DNA of 64,000 nucleotides from Vicinamibacteria bacterium (GCA_963555995.3 OY821641.1:672001-736000), one strand, 5' to 3'. Counted from the first letter of the stretch, positions 40,043 through 50,104 are shown. The notes: a model not told the origin generated them from the letters alone. A program made the numbers and translations.

Positions 40043-40297
40043 ATGGCCTACACACTCGATACCGCAGCCGCCGCCGAGCGGATCGCCGCCGCCGGAATCG
40101 CACCGGAGGCCGCCCGGGCCATCGTTGCGGAAGTCGCGCGGTCCGATGCGGATCTCGCTACTCGCGCGGACCTCGCCGCTCTTCGCGCCGACCTCGAGGC
40201 CTCGATCCTGCGCCTGGAGCGCCGGCTGATCCTCTCGGGCCTCGCCGGTCTCGGGATTCTGTTCGCCGCCCTCCGCCTCACGGGAGGCGGCGCGTGA
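40043..40297 (+). CDS. CCDC90/DUF1640-like small coiled-coil membrane protein
   Basis: LDTAAAAERIAAAGI..AARAIV, LATRADL, C-terminal TM; AAGGA RBS. Confidence 0.8.
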   Translation: MAYTLDTAAAAERIAAAGIAPEAARAIVAEVARSDADLATRADLAALRADLEASILRLERRLILSGLAGLGILFAALRLTGGGA

Positions 40298-40472
40298 GCG
40301 CCGATTCGGAGATCCCCCACATGAATCCGTGTCGCAAGGAAGGAGTCCTCGATTCCGACATCGGCTGGTAGAGCCCCCTGCCGTGGCCGCTCTCTGATCG
40401 CCGGCCCCACGCCGGCGTTCTCCGGCTCGGGCTCGATGCGGGACCGCGGCGAAGGCGGGTGATGCGCCGCGC

Positions 40473-40718
40473 TCAGGGGAAGAACACGAGTTTGAGCAGG
40501 AGCGCCATCACGATGGGGCCGTACACGAACTTCAGCACCTTGATGTCCGCCTTGACCTCGGCGATTCCGGCTTTCAGTTCGGCCTTCACTTCGGCGAGGT
40601 CGCGCTTCGTGACGAGGTCCCCCCCGAACGGGATGGCGGCGGCGGCCGCCCGCGCGCGCTCGTCGTCCACACCGGCAGCGCGGAAGGCGTCATGGACCTC
40701 AGCGACGATGTGGCTCAT
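40473..40718 (-). CDS. CCDC90/DUF1640-like small coiled-coil membrane protein
   Basis: EVHDAFRAAGVDDERARAAA, LVTKRDL, C-terminal TM. Confidence 0.8.
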   Translation of the reverse strand: MSHIVAEVHDAFRAAGVDDERARAAAAAIPFGGDLVTKRDLAEVKAELKAGIAEVKADIKVLKFVYGPIVMALLLKLVFFP

Positions 40719-40792
40719 GCACGAAATCTAGCTCTAGCAGGGCCGGCAAACGAACACGCCGGAACGCGCTCGAAGGGAGCGGCGGTCGGGGG

Positions 40793-41545
40793 CTATTCCA
40801 GGATGGCGATGCGACTGGCCACGGTCCCTCGTTCGCCGAGGCGAACCACGCGCGTGATCCAACCGCCGAAAGAGCCCGGATAGCGGACGAGGCGACCGAT
40901 GGCGGTCACCTGGTCGTCGAGTCGGGCAATCTCCCGTTCCTGCGCCTCCCGGTCGAGCGGCGCCAGTTGGCGGGCCACGCCCCAGGCCGCGTCACGGGCC
41001 TTCTCCAGACTGAAGTTGATCAGCGTGTCTCCGGCGCTGCCCGACCCCTTCGTCAGGATCCGCAGCACGGGCCATACCTGGGTCAGTTCTGCCTGCACTT
41101 CCCCGACCAGGCCGGCGAGGACTGCGTTGATGCGGTCGAAGTCGCCCTTCAGGGCGACGATCTGCTCACCGGGTGCGGCACGGGCGGCGGCGATGCCGAG
41201 GTCGAGGTTGATATGGGCGTTCATGCCCAGCAGCAGGTGCTGCATGACGATGGGCCACCATTGCCGCGCCGCAGCGAAGGAAAGCGCCCAGGCCTCGGTC
41301 GGCCGGTCTCCGGCTCGGAAGGTTTCGTAAGCGGCCAGGTAGCGGTTGGCGAAGATCACGTCCAGACGCTCCATGCGATCGTTGTCTTCGAAGCGACCGT
41401 CGTTGATATCGGCCTTTACCTGCACCGTGACCTTGCGGTAAAGGGCGGCGAAGTAACCGAGAGGCGAGTTCTCCGCCTTCGTCTCGACGACGATCTGGCC
41501 CAGACGTTCGATAACGCCCTCGATACTTCGATCCTGTTCGCGCAT
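40793..41545 (-). CDS. DUF5995-family protein
   Basis: GYFAALYRKVT, LDVIFANRY, HLLLGMNAHINLDL, DFDRIN; GGAGG RBS. Confidence 0.8.
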   Translation of the reverse strand: MREQDRSIEGVIERLGQIVVETKAENSPLGYFAALYRKVTVQVKADINDGRFEDNDRMERLDVIFANRYLAAYETFRAGDRPTEAWALSFAAARQWWPIVMQHLLLGMNAHINLDLGIAAARAAPGEQIVALKGDFDRINAVLAGLVGEVQAELTQVWPVLRILTKGSGSAGDTLINFSLEKARDAAWGVARQLAPLDREAQEREIARLDDQVTAIGRLVRYPGSFGGWITRVVRLGERGTVASRIAILE

Positions 41546-42080
41546 CGGCGGACCTCCCTCGTGCGCCGCCCAAGGCCCCGTGATCAAGGGACCCGAGCGT
41601 GAGTCCCGCGGTGGGCCACGGGCGCCTCGTCGCCACGGACGCATTGCATGGAACGCGACACGGTATCAAGGCCATTCCTTCGCGCGGCGGCGGATGCCGG
41701 TGCCGGGAGCCGAACGTGACGTACCGTCAATCCGGTGCGGCAGGCGAAGCGCTACCGCATTCCCTCTCGGGAGCGGCTGGACCCCGGTGACGGGGCGCCG
41801 TTTGTTGGCGGGCTTTGAAGAAGTCCGACTTTTGGGCGGCGAAAATGTCCCACTCGGCTTTGTGTGCACGGGCGGTGCGGAGATCGTCCCGGGAGTCGTC
41901 CTGGGCTGATCGGCGCGCCGGGTCCAAACCGAAGCGCCGCTCCCGAACCAGGGGAGCGACGATGAAGGAGATCAGGAAGCGGGTGCGGTTCCGCTGCTGG
42001 GGGCAAGCCCATTGACACCCGCCAGCGCCCCCCGGCGGGGCGCTGCCGACGCGCCACCGGCCGCCGAGCCGCGCGGTGCT

Positions 42081-42785
42081 ATGGTGAGTGCGCCCATGTC
42101 TCCGAGACGGCGTCGCCGACGCTCCACCCCCACCCCCGCACAGATCTGGCGCATCCTGCACGCCACCGCCCGCGAGGCCCGGGTCGCCCGGCGGGAACTC
42201 GAGGAAGAGAAACGCCGGATGGCGCGCCGGGCGGAAGCGGACGAAAGGAGGCGGAAGGACGAGGCCGCCGCGCTGGCGAAGCGGCTTCAGGAGGCGGAGG
42301 CGGAGCGGGACCGGCAGGAAGCGGAGCGGGACCGGAAGCTGGAGCGGGAGCTGTACCGGATCCTGGGCGACGGCGACAATCGTTGGGGGCAGTTGATCGA
42401 GGCGCTCGTGCAGGGGAACCTCAAGAAGATCTTCCGGGACGCCGGCATCGAAGTGGAGGACGCCCTCGCCCGGCGGCGCTCCCGAATCCGCGGCATCTGG
42501 CGGGAATACGATCTGGTGGCGGTGGGGGAGTCCGACGCGGTGGTGGTCGAGGTGAAGGCGACCCTGCGGGAAGCGGACGTGGTGAGGTTCGGGGAGCGCA
42601 TCGCGGACTTCCGGGAGTGGCGTCCGGACGACGCCCGGTCGCGGATCTGGGGAGCGCTGGCCTACCTCACCCAGGACGCGCGCGCCGCGCCGGCGGCGGA
42701 GGAGGCGGGGTTCTACCTGGTCGAGGCGGTGAGCGGCAGCGCCAGGCTGGCGAACTCCAGGGGCTTCAAGCCGCGATCCTTCTGA
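42081..42785 (+). CDS. Coiled-coil plus PD-(D/E)XK nuclease-like protein (DUF3782-like)
   Basis: Charged coiled coil, then NRWGQLIEAL, EYDLVAV...VVEVKATL. Confidence 0.75.
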   Translation: MVSAPMSPRRRRRRSTPTPAQIWRILHATAREARVARRELEEEKRRMARRAEADERRRKDEAAALAKRLQEAEAERDRQEAERDRKLERELYRILGDGDNRWGQLIEALVQGNLKKIFRDAGIEVEDALARRRSRIRGIWREYDLVAVGESDAVVVEVKATLREADVVRFGERIADFREWRPDDARSRIWGALAYLTQDARAAPAAEEAGFYLVEAVSGSARLANSRGFKPRSF

Positions 42786-43039
42786 GGTTCGATCCTCACC
42801 GGGGAACCCTCCGGACTGCTCGATCCACGAGGAATGGAAGTTGGTTGGCTCCAACTCCCGGACCCGCAAGGTGGAACGCTTCGAGGTCCGCGACGCCGCC
42901 TGAGCGCCCGCAGGCATCAGCCTGCCCATGAAGGGACCGCGAACGGGAGCGATTCCCTTCTCCAGGCGGTCGGGATAGGGGACGCAGGAAGCCTTCGTCG
43001 CGAGTCCCCCCACCGGAGGAACCGCCTGACCCGATCGGC

Positions 43040-43310
43040 AAGGGCGAGGACGGTTGGTGGTATGCCCAAGGGCTGGAGATTGACCACTTCGCGGCCGGCC
43101 AGTCAATCGAGGAAGTGAAAAAGAACTTCGAGGACAGCTTCGAATCACTGGTTCGGGCTCATCTTCACAACCACCGTTCGACCGAGGGGATGTTGGTTCC
43201 GGCGCCACCGGAGAAGTGGTCCGAGGCCTACCGGGCCGGTGGCCCGTTGCCGGCGAAGTTCACCCATTTCCAGGTGGTCCGTCGGCCGGCCGGGCACCGA
43301 GAACGCCGAG
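43040..43310 (+). pseudogene. HicB-like fragment lacking a start codon
   Basis: Own translation: EDGWWYAQGLEIDHFAAGQSIEEVKKNFEDSF; runs into a repeat. Confidence 0.4.
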
Positions 43311-43692
43311 GCGTCCGGCTGACCCAGTTGCTGTGAAAATGCAGCTCCGGTGCGATGCTGATGGTTGCGAGGACTGCGCGAGCCTGGAGCGCCGCCAGTT
43401 GCTGTGAAAATGCAGTCTGGGCGAAAGGTAGAGGAGCGAAGTCGCGCCGCCGGCTGGGAGCGCCGGTCTTCAGACCGGCACGCGCTGCGCGACAGCGCAG
43501 CGCACGGCACGACGCTGCCCCACACGATGGCGTTCGACTCTTGCTCCATCACGGCAAAGAGCGCTACGACGTCCGCGGGCCTTCGGCCCGCTGTGCCGGT
43601 CTGAAGACCGGCGCTCCCAGCCGTGTCCGTCATTTTCGTGCCCGGTGGGGTGTGCGGGAGGACCGCACATGACGGTTTCTCCCGGTGGGGGC
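43308..43692. repeat. Extended REPIN subfamily B element
   Basis: Aligns with 39272-39612; the cagttgctgtgaaaatgcag flank is duplicated. Confidence 0.85.
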
Positions 43693-43833
43693 CAGCCGGG
43701 ATGCATCGGCGTTTGCGTCGCTAGCGGGGCGCGAGCCCCGCGCAGACCCCGGAGCGAGAGGGACAGGGGATGGGTTCGCCCGGCCCCTATCCCCCTTGGC
43801 TCGGGAATGCCGCGTGACTTTGTCCACAGGCTG

Positions 43834-43886
43834 TGTCAAGCGACAGATAAAACTGGGCCGCTTGGCGACATCTAAAACTGGGCCAC
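43834..43886 (+). mobile_element. Orphan IS21-type terminal repeat
   Basis: TGTCAAGCGACA (same 12 nt as the IS end at 20158) with two gcgaca..taaaactgggcc binding repeats; no transposase follows. Confidence 0.65.
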
Positions 43887-44186
43887 CCCCGAGGGTTGGG
43901 CCGTCCCGTGCGACGTTCCGCCCTCCGGCAAAACGAAGCCCGGCAGTTCCGCCCCCCTCCGGGGGACGATGCCGGTCTGGAGACCGGCGTTCCAAGGCGG
44001 GGGCGCCGTGAGAGCGGGTGGGGTCGCGACGGGCGCGGAGCGCTGCGCTGCGCGTGCCGGTCTGGAGACCGGCGTTCCAAGGTGGGGGGGGGCGTGGGGA
44101 GCGGCGTGGGGAGGCCGCTCCCCGGAGGGGGGTTCCGGCCGGGGGGTGGGTGGGGGCCGGCCGGAGAGGGGGGGGTCAGGGAGTCG

Positions 44187-44513
44187 CTATTCGGATGCCT
44201 TGATGGAGGTGACCTTGATGGTGTTGGAGGCCTCGTCGAGGGTGCCCATGACCGTGACCTCGGCGCCGAGGTGCTCGAGGGCCTTCTCGTTGGTGATGTC
44301 GAGGAGGTGGAAGCCGGCCTCGCTTGCGAGGGCGACGCCGCCGCCCCGGCTGAGACAACCGGTGGCGCAGCCCTTGTGGTCGGCGTTGCCGGCCTTGGCG
44401 AAGTCCTTCGCGCAGGCCTCGTCGGCGACCCAGCCCTTGAAGGTGGTGTCTTCGGCGGCGGCGAACGCGACGGAGGCGAACAGCACGAGGGCGAGGATGA
44501 GAAGCTTCTTCAT
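44187..44513 (-). CDS. Small secreted protein (108 aa) with Cys motif and OB-fold-like C-terminus
   Basis: AAGGAG RBS; signal peptide MKKLLILALVLFASVAFA; GWVADEAC...HKGCATGC; VTVMGTL...TIKVTSI. Confidence 0.85.
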   Translation of the reverse strand: MKKLLILALVLFASVAFAAAEDTTFKGWVADEACAKDFAKAGNADHKGCATGCLSRGGGVALASEAGFHLLDITNEKALEHLGAEVTVMGTLDEASNTIKVTSIKASE

Positions 44514-44680
44514 CGGGGTTCTCCTTGGTGGTGGGGGCGCGACGTTGCCGCACCCGGAAAAGGAAAATGGGAGCGAGGATTCTACCCGGACGGGCCGCCG
44601 AACGCACGCGCGGATCGGGCCGACACGCTCTGTGGCCCTGCGGGCCGCGTGCCGGCCTGAAGACCGGCGGTTCCGGCGGA

Positions 44681-45859
44681 CTACCAGGTCTGCGTCTCGT
44701 CGGAATGCAGCTTGGGTGGCAGCCGGTACGAGATCAGCGGATCGCGCAACTGCGAGTTGTCGACCAGGGCCGTGAACCGGTCCACCTTCACCCGCGCCTC
44801 CCAGCGCGGGAACAGGCTGCGCACCCGCTTCCCCAGGCGGCGCTTCGTCCGCAGGTAGAACAGCAGACCCCAGGTGGACTGGCGCGGGTAGTTGAGCTGG
44901 TCCGCGAGTTCGTCGCCGATCAGCGCCCGCGAAACGCGATAGACGTAGTTGGCGAGGTCCTGCCGTTCCCCGGGCTTCCGGACGCCGATCACCACCGGCG
45001 CGGAGTTCACGAGCGCGTTCCCCATCACCAGGCTCTCGATCTCCGGCCGCGGCTCGCAGGCGAAGCCGACCCGGCTGAGATCGAGCGCCTCCGCCTCGCT
45101 CCGGAACAGGATCGTCTCCGGCACGCCCATCAGGTGGGCGGAGTAGCGCCAGATCTGGACGAACGCCTCCCGCTCCTCCGCCGTCGGTTCGGCGCCGAGC
45201 CGCATCGCGGCCTCGAGCACCCGCGCGGAGAAGTTGGCCGCGGCGAGCGCGACGTGCGCGATGTGGATCGGCACGCCGAACTCCGCCTCGTCCCACTCGT
45301 CGGACCTCCCGAGGAAATGGCGCACCTGGGCGTGGATGAGGCGGATGCGGACGCTCAGCTTCCACCCCTCGCCGTACCGCTCGAGGCCTCCCGGCATCAT
45401 GATCTCGATGAGCTGCCGGATGTTCTGCCGCAGCCGGCGGACCCCGTGGTCGGTCAGCCGGCCCGTGGCGAAGAACGACTTGCTGATGAGCGTGGTGAAG
45501 CCGCGCACGATGCTCGAACCCACCAACGCCTGGACGTACAGGTCCGAGTCGGTGTGGAAGGCCCGGCACCCGGGGTACACCGCCCGCGAATCGAACCAGT
45601 CCGGCGCCTCCCCACTGACCTCGATGAGGCGCCGGAGCTCGGCGGGAGCGTCGCGGAAGCCCGCCGCGTCCTCGTCCATTCCGGCGGTGATGAGCTGGTG
45701 GATCCGTTCCTGCGGCATGCCCGCCATGGCCGCGACGGCGGCGTCCGCGTCGGGGTCCCCCCGCATGGTGTGCTCGCCGTAGCGATCCGCCAGCTCCGGG
45801 TCCGACCGGCGCGCCTGCGCATGGCCGGGCCGGTAGGCGGTGGGGACTTCGGGAGCCAT
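44681..45859 (-). CDS. MpaB/Lcp-like heme oxygenase family protein (DUF2236)
   Basis: GDPDAD, PDWFD, TGRL, VRIRLIHAQVR, WRYSAHLMGV. Confidence 0.85.
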   Translation of the reverse strand: MAPEVPTAYRPGHAQARRSDPELADRYGEHTMRGDPDADAAVAAMAGMPQERIHQLITAGMDEDAAGFRDAPAELRRLIEVSGEAPDWFDSRAVYPGCRAFHTDSDLYVQALVGSSIVRGFTTLISKSFFATGRLTDHGVRRLRQNIRQLIEIMMPGGLERYGEGWKLSVRIRLIHAQVRHFLGRSDEWDEAEFGVPIHIAHVALAAANFSARVLEAAMRLGAEPTAEEREAFVQIWRYSAHLMGVPETILFRSEAEALDLSRVGFACEPRPEIESLVMGNALVNSAPVVIGVRKPGERQDLANYVYRVSRALIGDELADQLNYPRQSTWGLLFYLRTKRRLGKRVRSLFPRWEARVKVDRFTALVDNSQLRDPLISYRLPPKLHSDETQTW

Positions 45860-46166
45860 CGGCGCGGAGTTCAAGCGCCCGCCACGGTCATCAGGTGACT
45901 CCACTCTGTCGCTCGAATGTTACTTGAAATCCTCCGGGTCCGGGCAGAAGGAATCCGCCCGGGAGCACCCGGAGCGCCGGCCGCCGCCATCTCCGGGCCG
46001 CCTCCGGGACGACCGGGTGTCCGAGAGCGCCGCCGCCGCCACTTCGTGACATTTTGGTTCCATCGTGGATCGTGAACATGATAATCTGGCGATTCTCGGC
46101 CGTTCGTCCGGATCGCCCGGCTCGCACGGGGGCCGGTCACCCGCCCGGCCCGACGGAGGTGGACCC

Positions 46167-48023
46167 GTGAACGAACATCCCGACGCGCTGCGCCGGCGGA
46201 TCGGGACGCTCGAGGAACGCGTCGAAGCGCTGGTCGAGACCTCGCCGGTGGGCGTCGTGGTCTTCGACGGCGGAACCGGCAGGCTCGCGGCGGTCAACCG
46301 GGAGGCGCTGCGGATCACGGAGCGGCTGCGGACGCCGGACGCTCCCGTCGAGGCGTTGCCGGAGGGCCTGGTCTGCCGGCGGGCGGACGGCCGGGAGGTC
46401 GCGCTGGCGGAGGACTCGCTCGTCGAGCAACTGGACCGCGGCGAAACGGTGCGCGCCGAGGAGGTCACGCTCTCGGTTCCCGACGGCCGGAGCGTCACCA
46501 CGCTGATCAACGCCACCCCCGTCCGGGCGGCGGACGGCGCCCTCGAATCGTACGTGGTCACGATGCAGGACCTCGCGCCCCTCGAGGAAGCCGAGCGGCA
46601 GCGGACCGGGTTCCTGAGCCTGGTGAGCAATGAGATGCGAGCGCCGCTGATCGCCATCAAGGGCTCGACCGCCACCGTGCTCGGCGCCGCTCCGGCGCCG
46701 AGCCTCGCCGAGATGCTCCAGTTCTTCCGGATCATTGACGAGCAGGCCGATCGCCTGCGCGGCCTGATCGCGGACCTCCGCGACCAGGGGCGCATCGAGA
46801 CCGGCACGCTGTCGGTGTCGCCGGAACCGGTGGAGGTGGCCGTTCTGGTGGACCAGGCCCGGAACACCTTCCTGAGCGGCGGGGGCCGGCACCCCCTGCG
46901 CGTTGACCTGCCGGAGAACCTGCCGTGGGTGCTGGTGGATCGGGACCGCATCGCCCAGGTCCTGAACAACCTGCTCGCGAACGCGGCGCGGCACGCTCCC
47001 GAGTCGTCCACGATCCGGGTCGCGGCGGCGCCGAGCGGCGTGCACGTCGCGCTGTCGGTCACCGACGAGGGCCGGGGCGTGCCGCCCGACCGGCTGCCGC
47101 ACCTGTTCCGCAAGCAGGCCGGAGCCGGGGACCCCGGAATCGGCGGCGACGGCCTGGGCCTCGTGATCTGCAAGGGTCTGGTGGAAGCCCACGGAGGGCG
47201 CATCTGGGCGGAGAGCGACGGGCTGGGGCGCGGCGCCCGGTTCACCTTCACGGCGCCGGTGGCGGAAGGGTTCGGCCGCGCCGCCGCGGCGAGCCCGGGC
47301 GGGTCCGGCCCGGCTCCGGACGGGAACCGGCGGACGCGGGTCGTGGTGGTGGACGACGATCCCTATGTCCTCCGCTACGTTCGGGAGGCGCTCGGCGAGG
47401 CCGGCTACCTCGTGTTCGGGACGGATGACCCGGAAGAGCTGTGCGATCTCGTCCGGACCCACCGGCCCGGACTGGTGCTGCTCGACGTCCTGCTCCCCGG
47501 GACCGACGGCATCGAGCTCATGGAGTCGGTGCCCGAGCTGGCCGATGTCCCGGTCATCTTCATCTCCGCCTACGGCCGCGACGAGGCGATCGTCAGGGCG
47601 CTGGACGCGGGCGCCGCCGACTACATCGTCAAGCCCTTCTCGCCCTCGGAGCTGACCGCGCGGGTGCGGGCCTCGCTGCGCGCGCGGGCCGAGCCCGAGC
47701 CCTTCGTGCTCGGCGAGCTGTCCGTGGACTACGGCGCGCGCCGGGTCGAGGTCGCGGGGCGCCCGGTGGAGCTGACGGCGACCGAGTACCAGTTGCTGCG
47801 GGTGCTCTCGATGAATGCGGGACGGGTCCTGACGTTCGATTCGCTGCTCCGCCAGGCGTGGCGCGGACGGCAGAACGCCGGCGATCCGAAGCTGGTGCGC
47901 GCCGTCGTGAAACGGCTGCGCCGCAAGCTGGGCGACGACGCCGTGGACCCGGTCTATGTCCGCAACGAGCGCGGCGTCGGCTACCGCATGCCGGAACCCG
48001 ACCGCGGCTCCGCCAGGGGATAG
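46167..48023 (+). CDS. Hybrid PAS-HisKA-HATPase-REC-OmpR winged-helix protein; phospho-His replaced by Asn
   Basis: GGAGG RBS before GTG at 46167; H-box VSNEMRAPL, N-box NLLANAARH, DEGRG, GLGL; REC DDD/LLD/KPF; LTATEY...RLRRKL...GVGY. Confidence 0.9.
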   Translation: MNEHPDALRRRIGTLEERVEALVETSPVGVVVFDGGTGRLAAVNREALRITERLRTPDAPVEALPEGLVCRRADGREVALAEDSLVEQLDRGETVRAEEVTLSVPDGRSVTTLINATPVRAADGALESYVVTMQDLAPLEEAERQRTGFLSLVSNEMRAPLIAIKGSTATVLGAAPAPSLAEMLQFFRIIDEQADRLRGLIADLRDQGRIETGTLSVSPEPVEVAVLVDQARNTFLSGGGRHPLRVDLPENLPWVLVDRDRIAQVLNNLLANAARHAPESSTIRVAAAPSGVHVALSVTDEGRGVPPDRLPHLFRKQAGAGDPGIGGDGLGLVICKGLVEAHGGRIWAESDGLGRGARFTFTAPVAEGFGRAAAASPGGSGPAPDGNRRTRVVVVDDDPYVLRYVREALGEAGYLVFGTDDPEELCDLVRTHRPGLVLLDVLLPGTDGIELMESVPELADVPVIFISAYGRDEAIVRALDAGAADYIVKPFSPSELTARVRASLRARAEPEPFVLGELSVDYGARRVEVAGRPVELTATEYQLLRVLSMNAGRVLTFDSLLRQAWRGRQNAGDPKLVRAVVKRLRRKLGDDAVDPVYVRNERGVGYRMPEPDRGSARG

Positions 48024-48116
48024 ACGGCCATTACGGCGGGAGCGCCGGTCTTCGGGCCGGCGCTCCCGGCCGGCGTCGGAGCTTGAGCCGCGTTCGGTGA
48101 TTTTCTCCTTTTTGCT

Positions 48117-49991
48117 ATGTTCCTGGGTGCCGGTCTCGTGCTCTCGGGTTGTGGCGACGACGACACGGCCACCACGCCCGCACCGGCGCCGCCACCGCCA
48201 CCGGCTCCTGAGCCGGAGCCGGAACCCGAGCCTGAGCCTGAGCCGGAGCCCGAGCCGACTCCCCTCCATGCCCACTTCGAGATTCCGGAGGATGCCGATT
48301 CCCCGTACCCGATGATTCCGGACGACGGCACCGACGAGGAGACCGCCATGGCGTCCGTCAACCCGCAGATGGTGGTCGAGATGAACATGGCGGGCATCGT
48401 GACGCCGCTCTTCATCGAGGGCGCCGCCCCGATCGGCCTGGTCCCGGGTGACAACATGCCTTTCGCCTACGTCGACTGGAAAGCCATGCAGAGCGCCGTG
48501 GTCAGCGCCACTGGCGCGCAGTTCTCGGTCATCCCGGTAGAGATCGGCGCCAACCAGGTCCCCATTCCGATCGGCGCCGGAGTCATCGTGTCCTGCGGCC
48601 CGTTCGCGTGCTCGGAGAGTCCGATGGCGCCGGAGATCACGATCGGAGACTCCCCCGCCTGTCAGGCATGGCAACCGGATGTCAGACTCCAGGTTGGTCT
48701 CGTGGACAACGACAAGGCTGACGACGACACCGGAGCCGAGGGTACTCAGGTGCTGTACAACGGCGTGGATGTTGGCTGGATCATCAGTTCCAACGTCAAC
48801 ATGTCCGTGAAGCATCACTTCAGCGGTGTGGCGAACGGCCATAACCGGGTCCTGTCCGGCTTGGATGCTTCCAAGGGCACCGACAAGCCGTACGCCATGA
48901 CGAATGCGCATAACACTCCCGCACCGCGGGGTAGCGCACTCATCGACAACGCCGACTTCGACTTGCCTACGACGTTGCGAGTCGAGACGGAAGGTGACGG
49001 CCGGGGTTGCATCGCCACGGACACGTACAGCGAAGCCATCAGCGGCGTTCACGAGCCGGATGAGTGCTTCCGGGTCATTGCCAACGGCACCGCCAAGACC
49101 GGCGCGAACTACCTCTCCGGCTACAGCATCGAGCTCACTCCGAAGGGTGCAGAAGTCTCTTGGGGCAGCGTGGAACGGACTGAGGATCCCTTTGAGGATC
49201 TGACCTGCGACAGCAAGGAGGTCATGGCCATGGATGCCGCGGAAGCGGACGTCTGCGAACTGTTCGAGGACGAGGTTGACCGTGCTATCGCCAACGGATG
49301 GGGCGGTGCCAAGGGAACGTCAGTGACAGTCGTGCCCGCGCAGCAGAACGACTCCAACACGGGCCGTCTTGCCCAGCTTCAGATTGCTGCTCCCGCCGCT
49401 TCGAGCCATCAGTTCAGCGCGCTCTGGTTCAGCAACAACGATGGCGGCAAGAATCCTGCCGATACCGATATGTACGCGGACGCCGACACCGACACGACCG
49501 GCGTTCAGAGGGCACCTCTCTTGCTCAAACTTACGGACGGCGACGGCGATCCGAAGTACGGTGACTTCGGGAAGGTGGACCTGGTCAAGATCGGTGCCGA
49601 CGGGACGGATGACGGAACTGCCGATACGAACTACGACGCCAATGCCATCAAGCCGGACGGCAAGGCCGACAACTACCAGAGTCTCGACGGCACCACGGTG
49701 ACTTCCGACGATGCGGCAGCCTGTAGCGACGACGACGGTGCTGGCTGCGACGCGGAGTTCTCCGAGACGATTGACGTCACCTTCGATTCGGGAACTGCGC
49801 TCGGCTGCAGCGTGGCGCGGCAGGTCACCGTGACGTGTGAGTGGGATGCTCAGGGCCTCATCAAGAGCAACCCGATCGATCGCACCGCCCCCACCAGAGC
49901 CGAACCGCAGACGAGTTCGTTCAGCACCTTCAACGCGACCGAGACCGATTGGAGCAACATTGCACAGTTCGCCAAGTGCACGGTGAGCTAG
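48117..49991 (+). CDS. Acidic Cys-rich surface lipoprotein, paralog B (5' end apparently damaged)
   Basis: First ~180 aa nearly identical to paralogs A and C; signal-peptide n-region and RBS missing. Confidence 0.8.
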   Translation: MFLGAGLVLSGCGDDDTATTPAPAPPPPPAPEPEPEPEPEPEPEPEPTPLHAHFEIPEDADSPYPMIPDDGTDEETAMASVNPQMVVEMNMAGIVTPLFIEGAAPIGLVPGDNMPFAYVDWKAMQSAVVSATGAQFSVIPVEIGANQVPIPIGAGVIVSCGPFACSESPMAPEITIGDSPACQAWQPDVRLQVGLVDNDKADDDTGAEGTQVLYNGVDVGWIISSNVNMSVKHHFSGVANGHNRVLSGLDASKGTDKPYAMTNAHNTPAPRGSALIDNADFDLPTTLRVETEGDGRGCIATDTYSEAISGVHEPDECFRVIANGTAKTGANYLSGYSIELTPKGAEVSWGSVERTEDPFEDLTCDSKEVMAMDAAEADVCELFEDEVDRAIANGWGGAKGTSVTVVPAQQNDSNTGRLAQLQIAAPAASSHQFSALWFSNNDGGKNPADTDMYADADTDTTGVQRAPLLLKLTDGDGDPKYGDFGKVDLVKIGADGTDDGTADTNYDANAIKPDGKADNYQSLDGTTVTSDDAAACSDDDGAGCDAEFSETIDVTFDSGTALGCSVARQVTVTCEWDAQGLIKSNPIDRTAPTRAEPQTSSFSTFNATETDWSNIAQFAKCTVS

Positions 49992-50035
49992 CCTGACGGA
50001 ATCCGTGACGGCGGTCTGACCCGCCCAGCGGATTC

Positions 50036-50070
50036 AGAGCCCCGGGGCCAGCCGGCCCCGGGGTTCTTTC
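50036..50070 (+). terminator. Intrinsic terminator
   Basis: gagccccggggcc-agcc-ggccccggggttc-ttt. Confidence 0.8.
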
Positions 50071-50104
50071 GTGTACGCAGGTTGCGCCCCGGCCAGGATG
50101 GCGC

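Noticed and set aside
41700-42010. Possible gene fragment (AHKAEWDIFAAQKSDFFKA) on the minus strand
   Set aside because: No start, no recognisable family; cannot be supported without BLASTx
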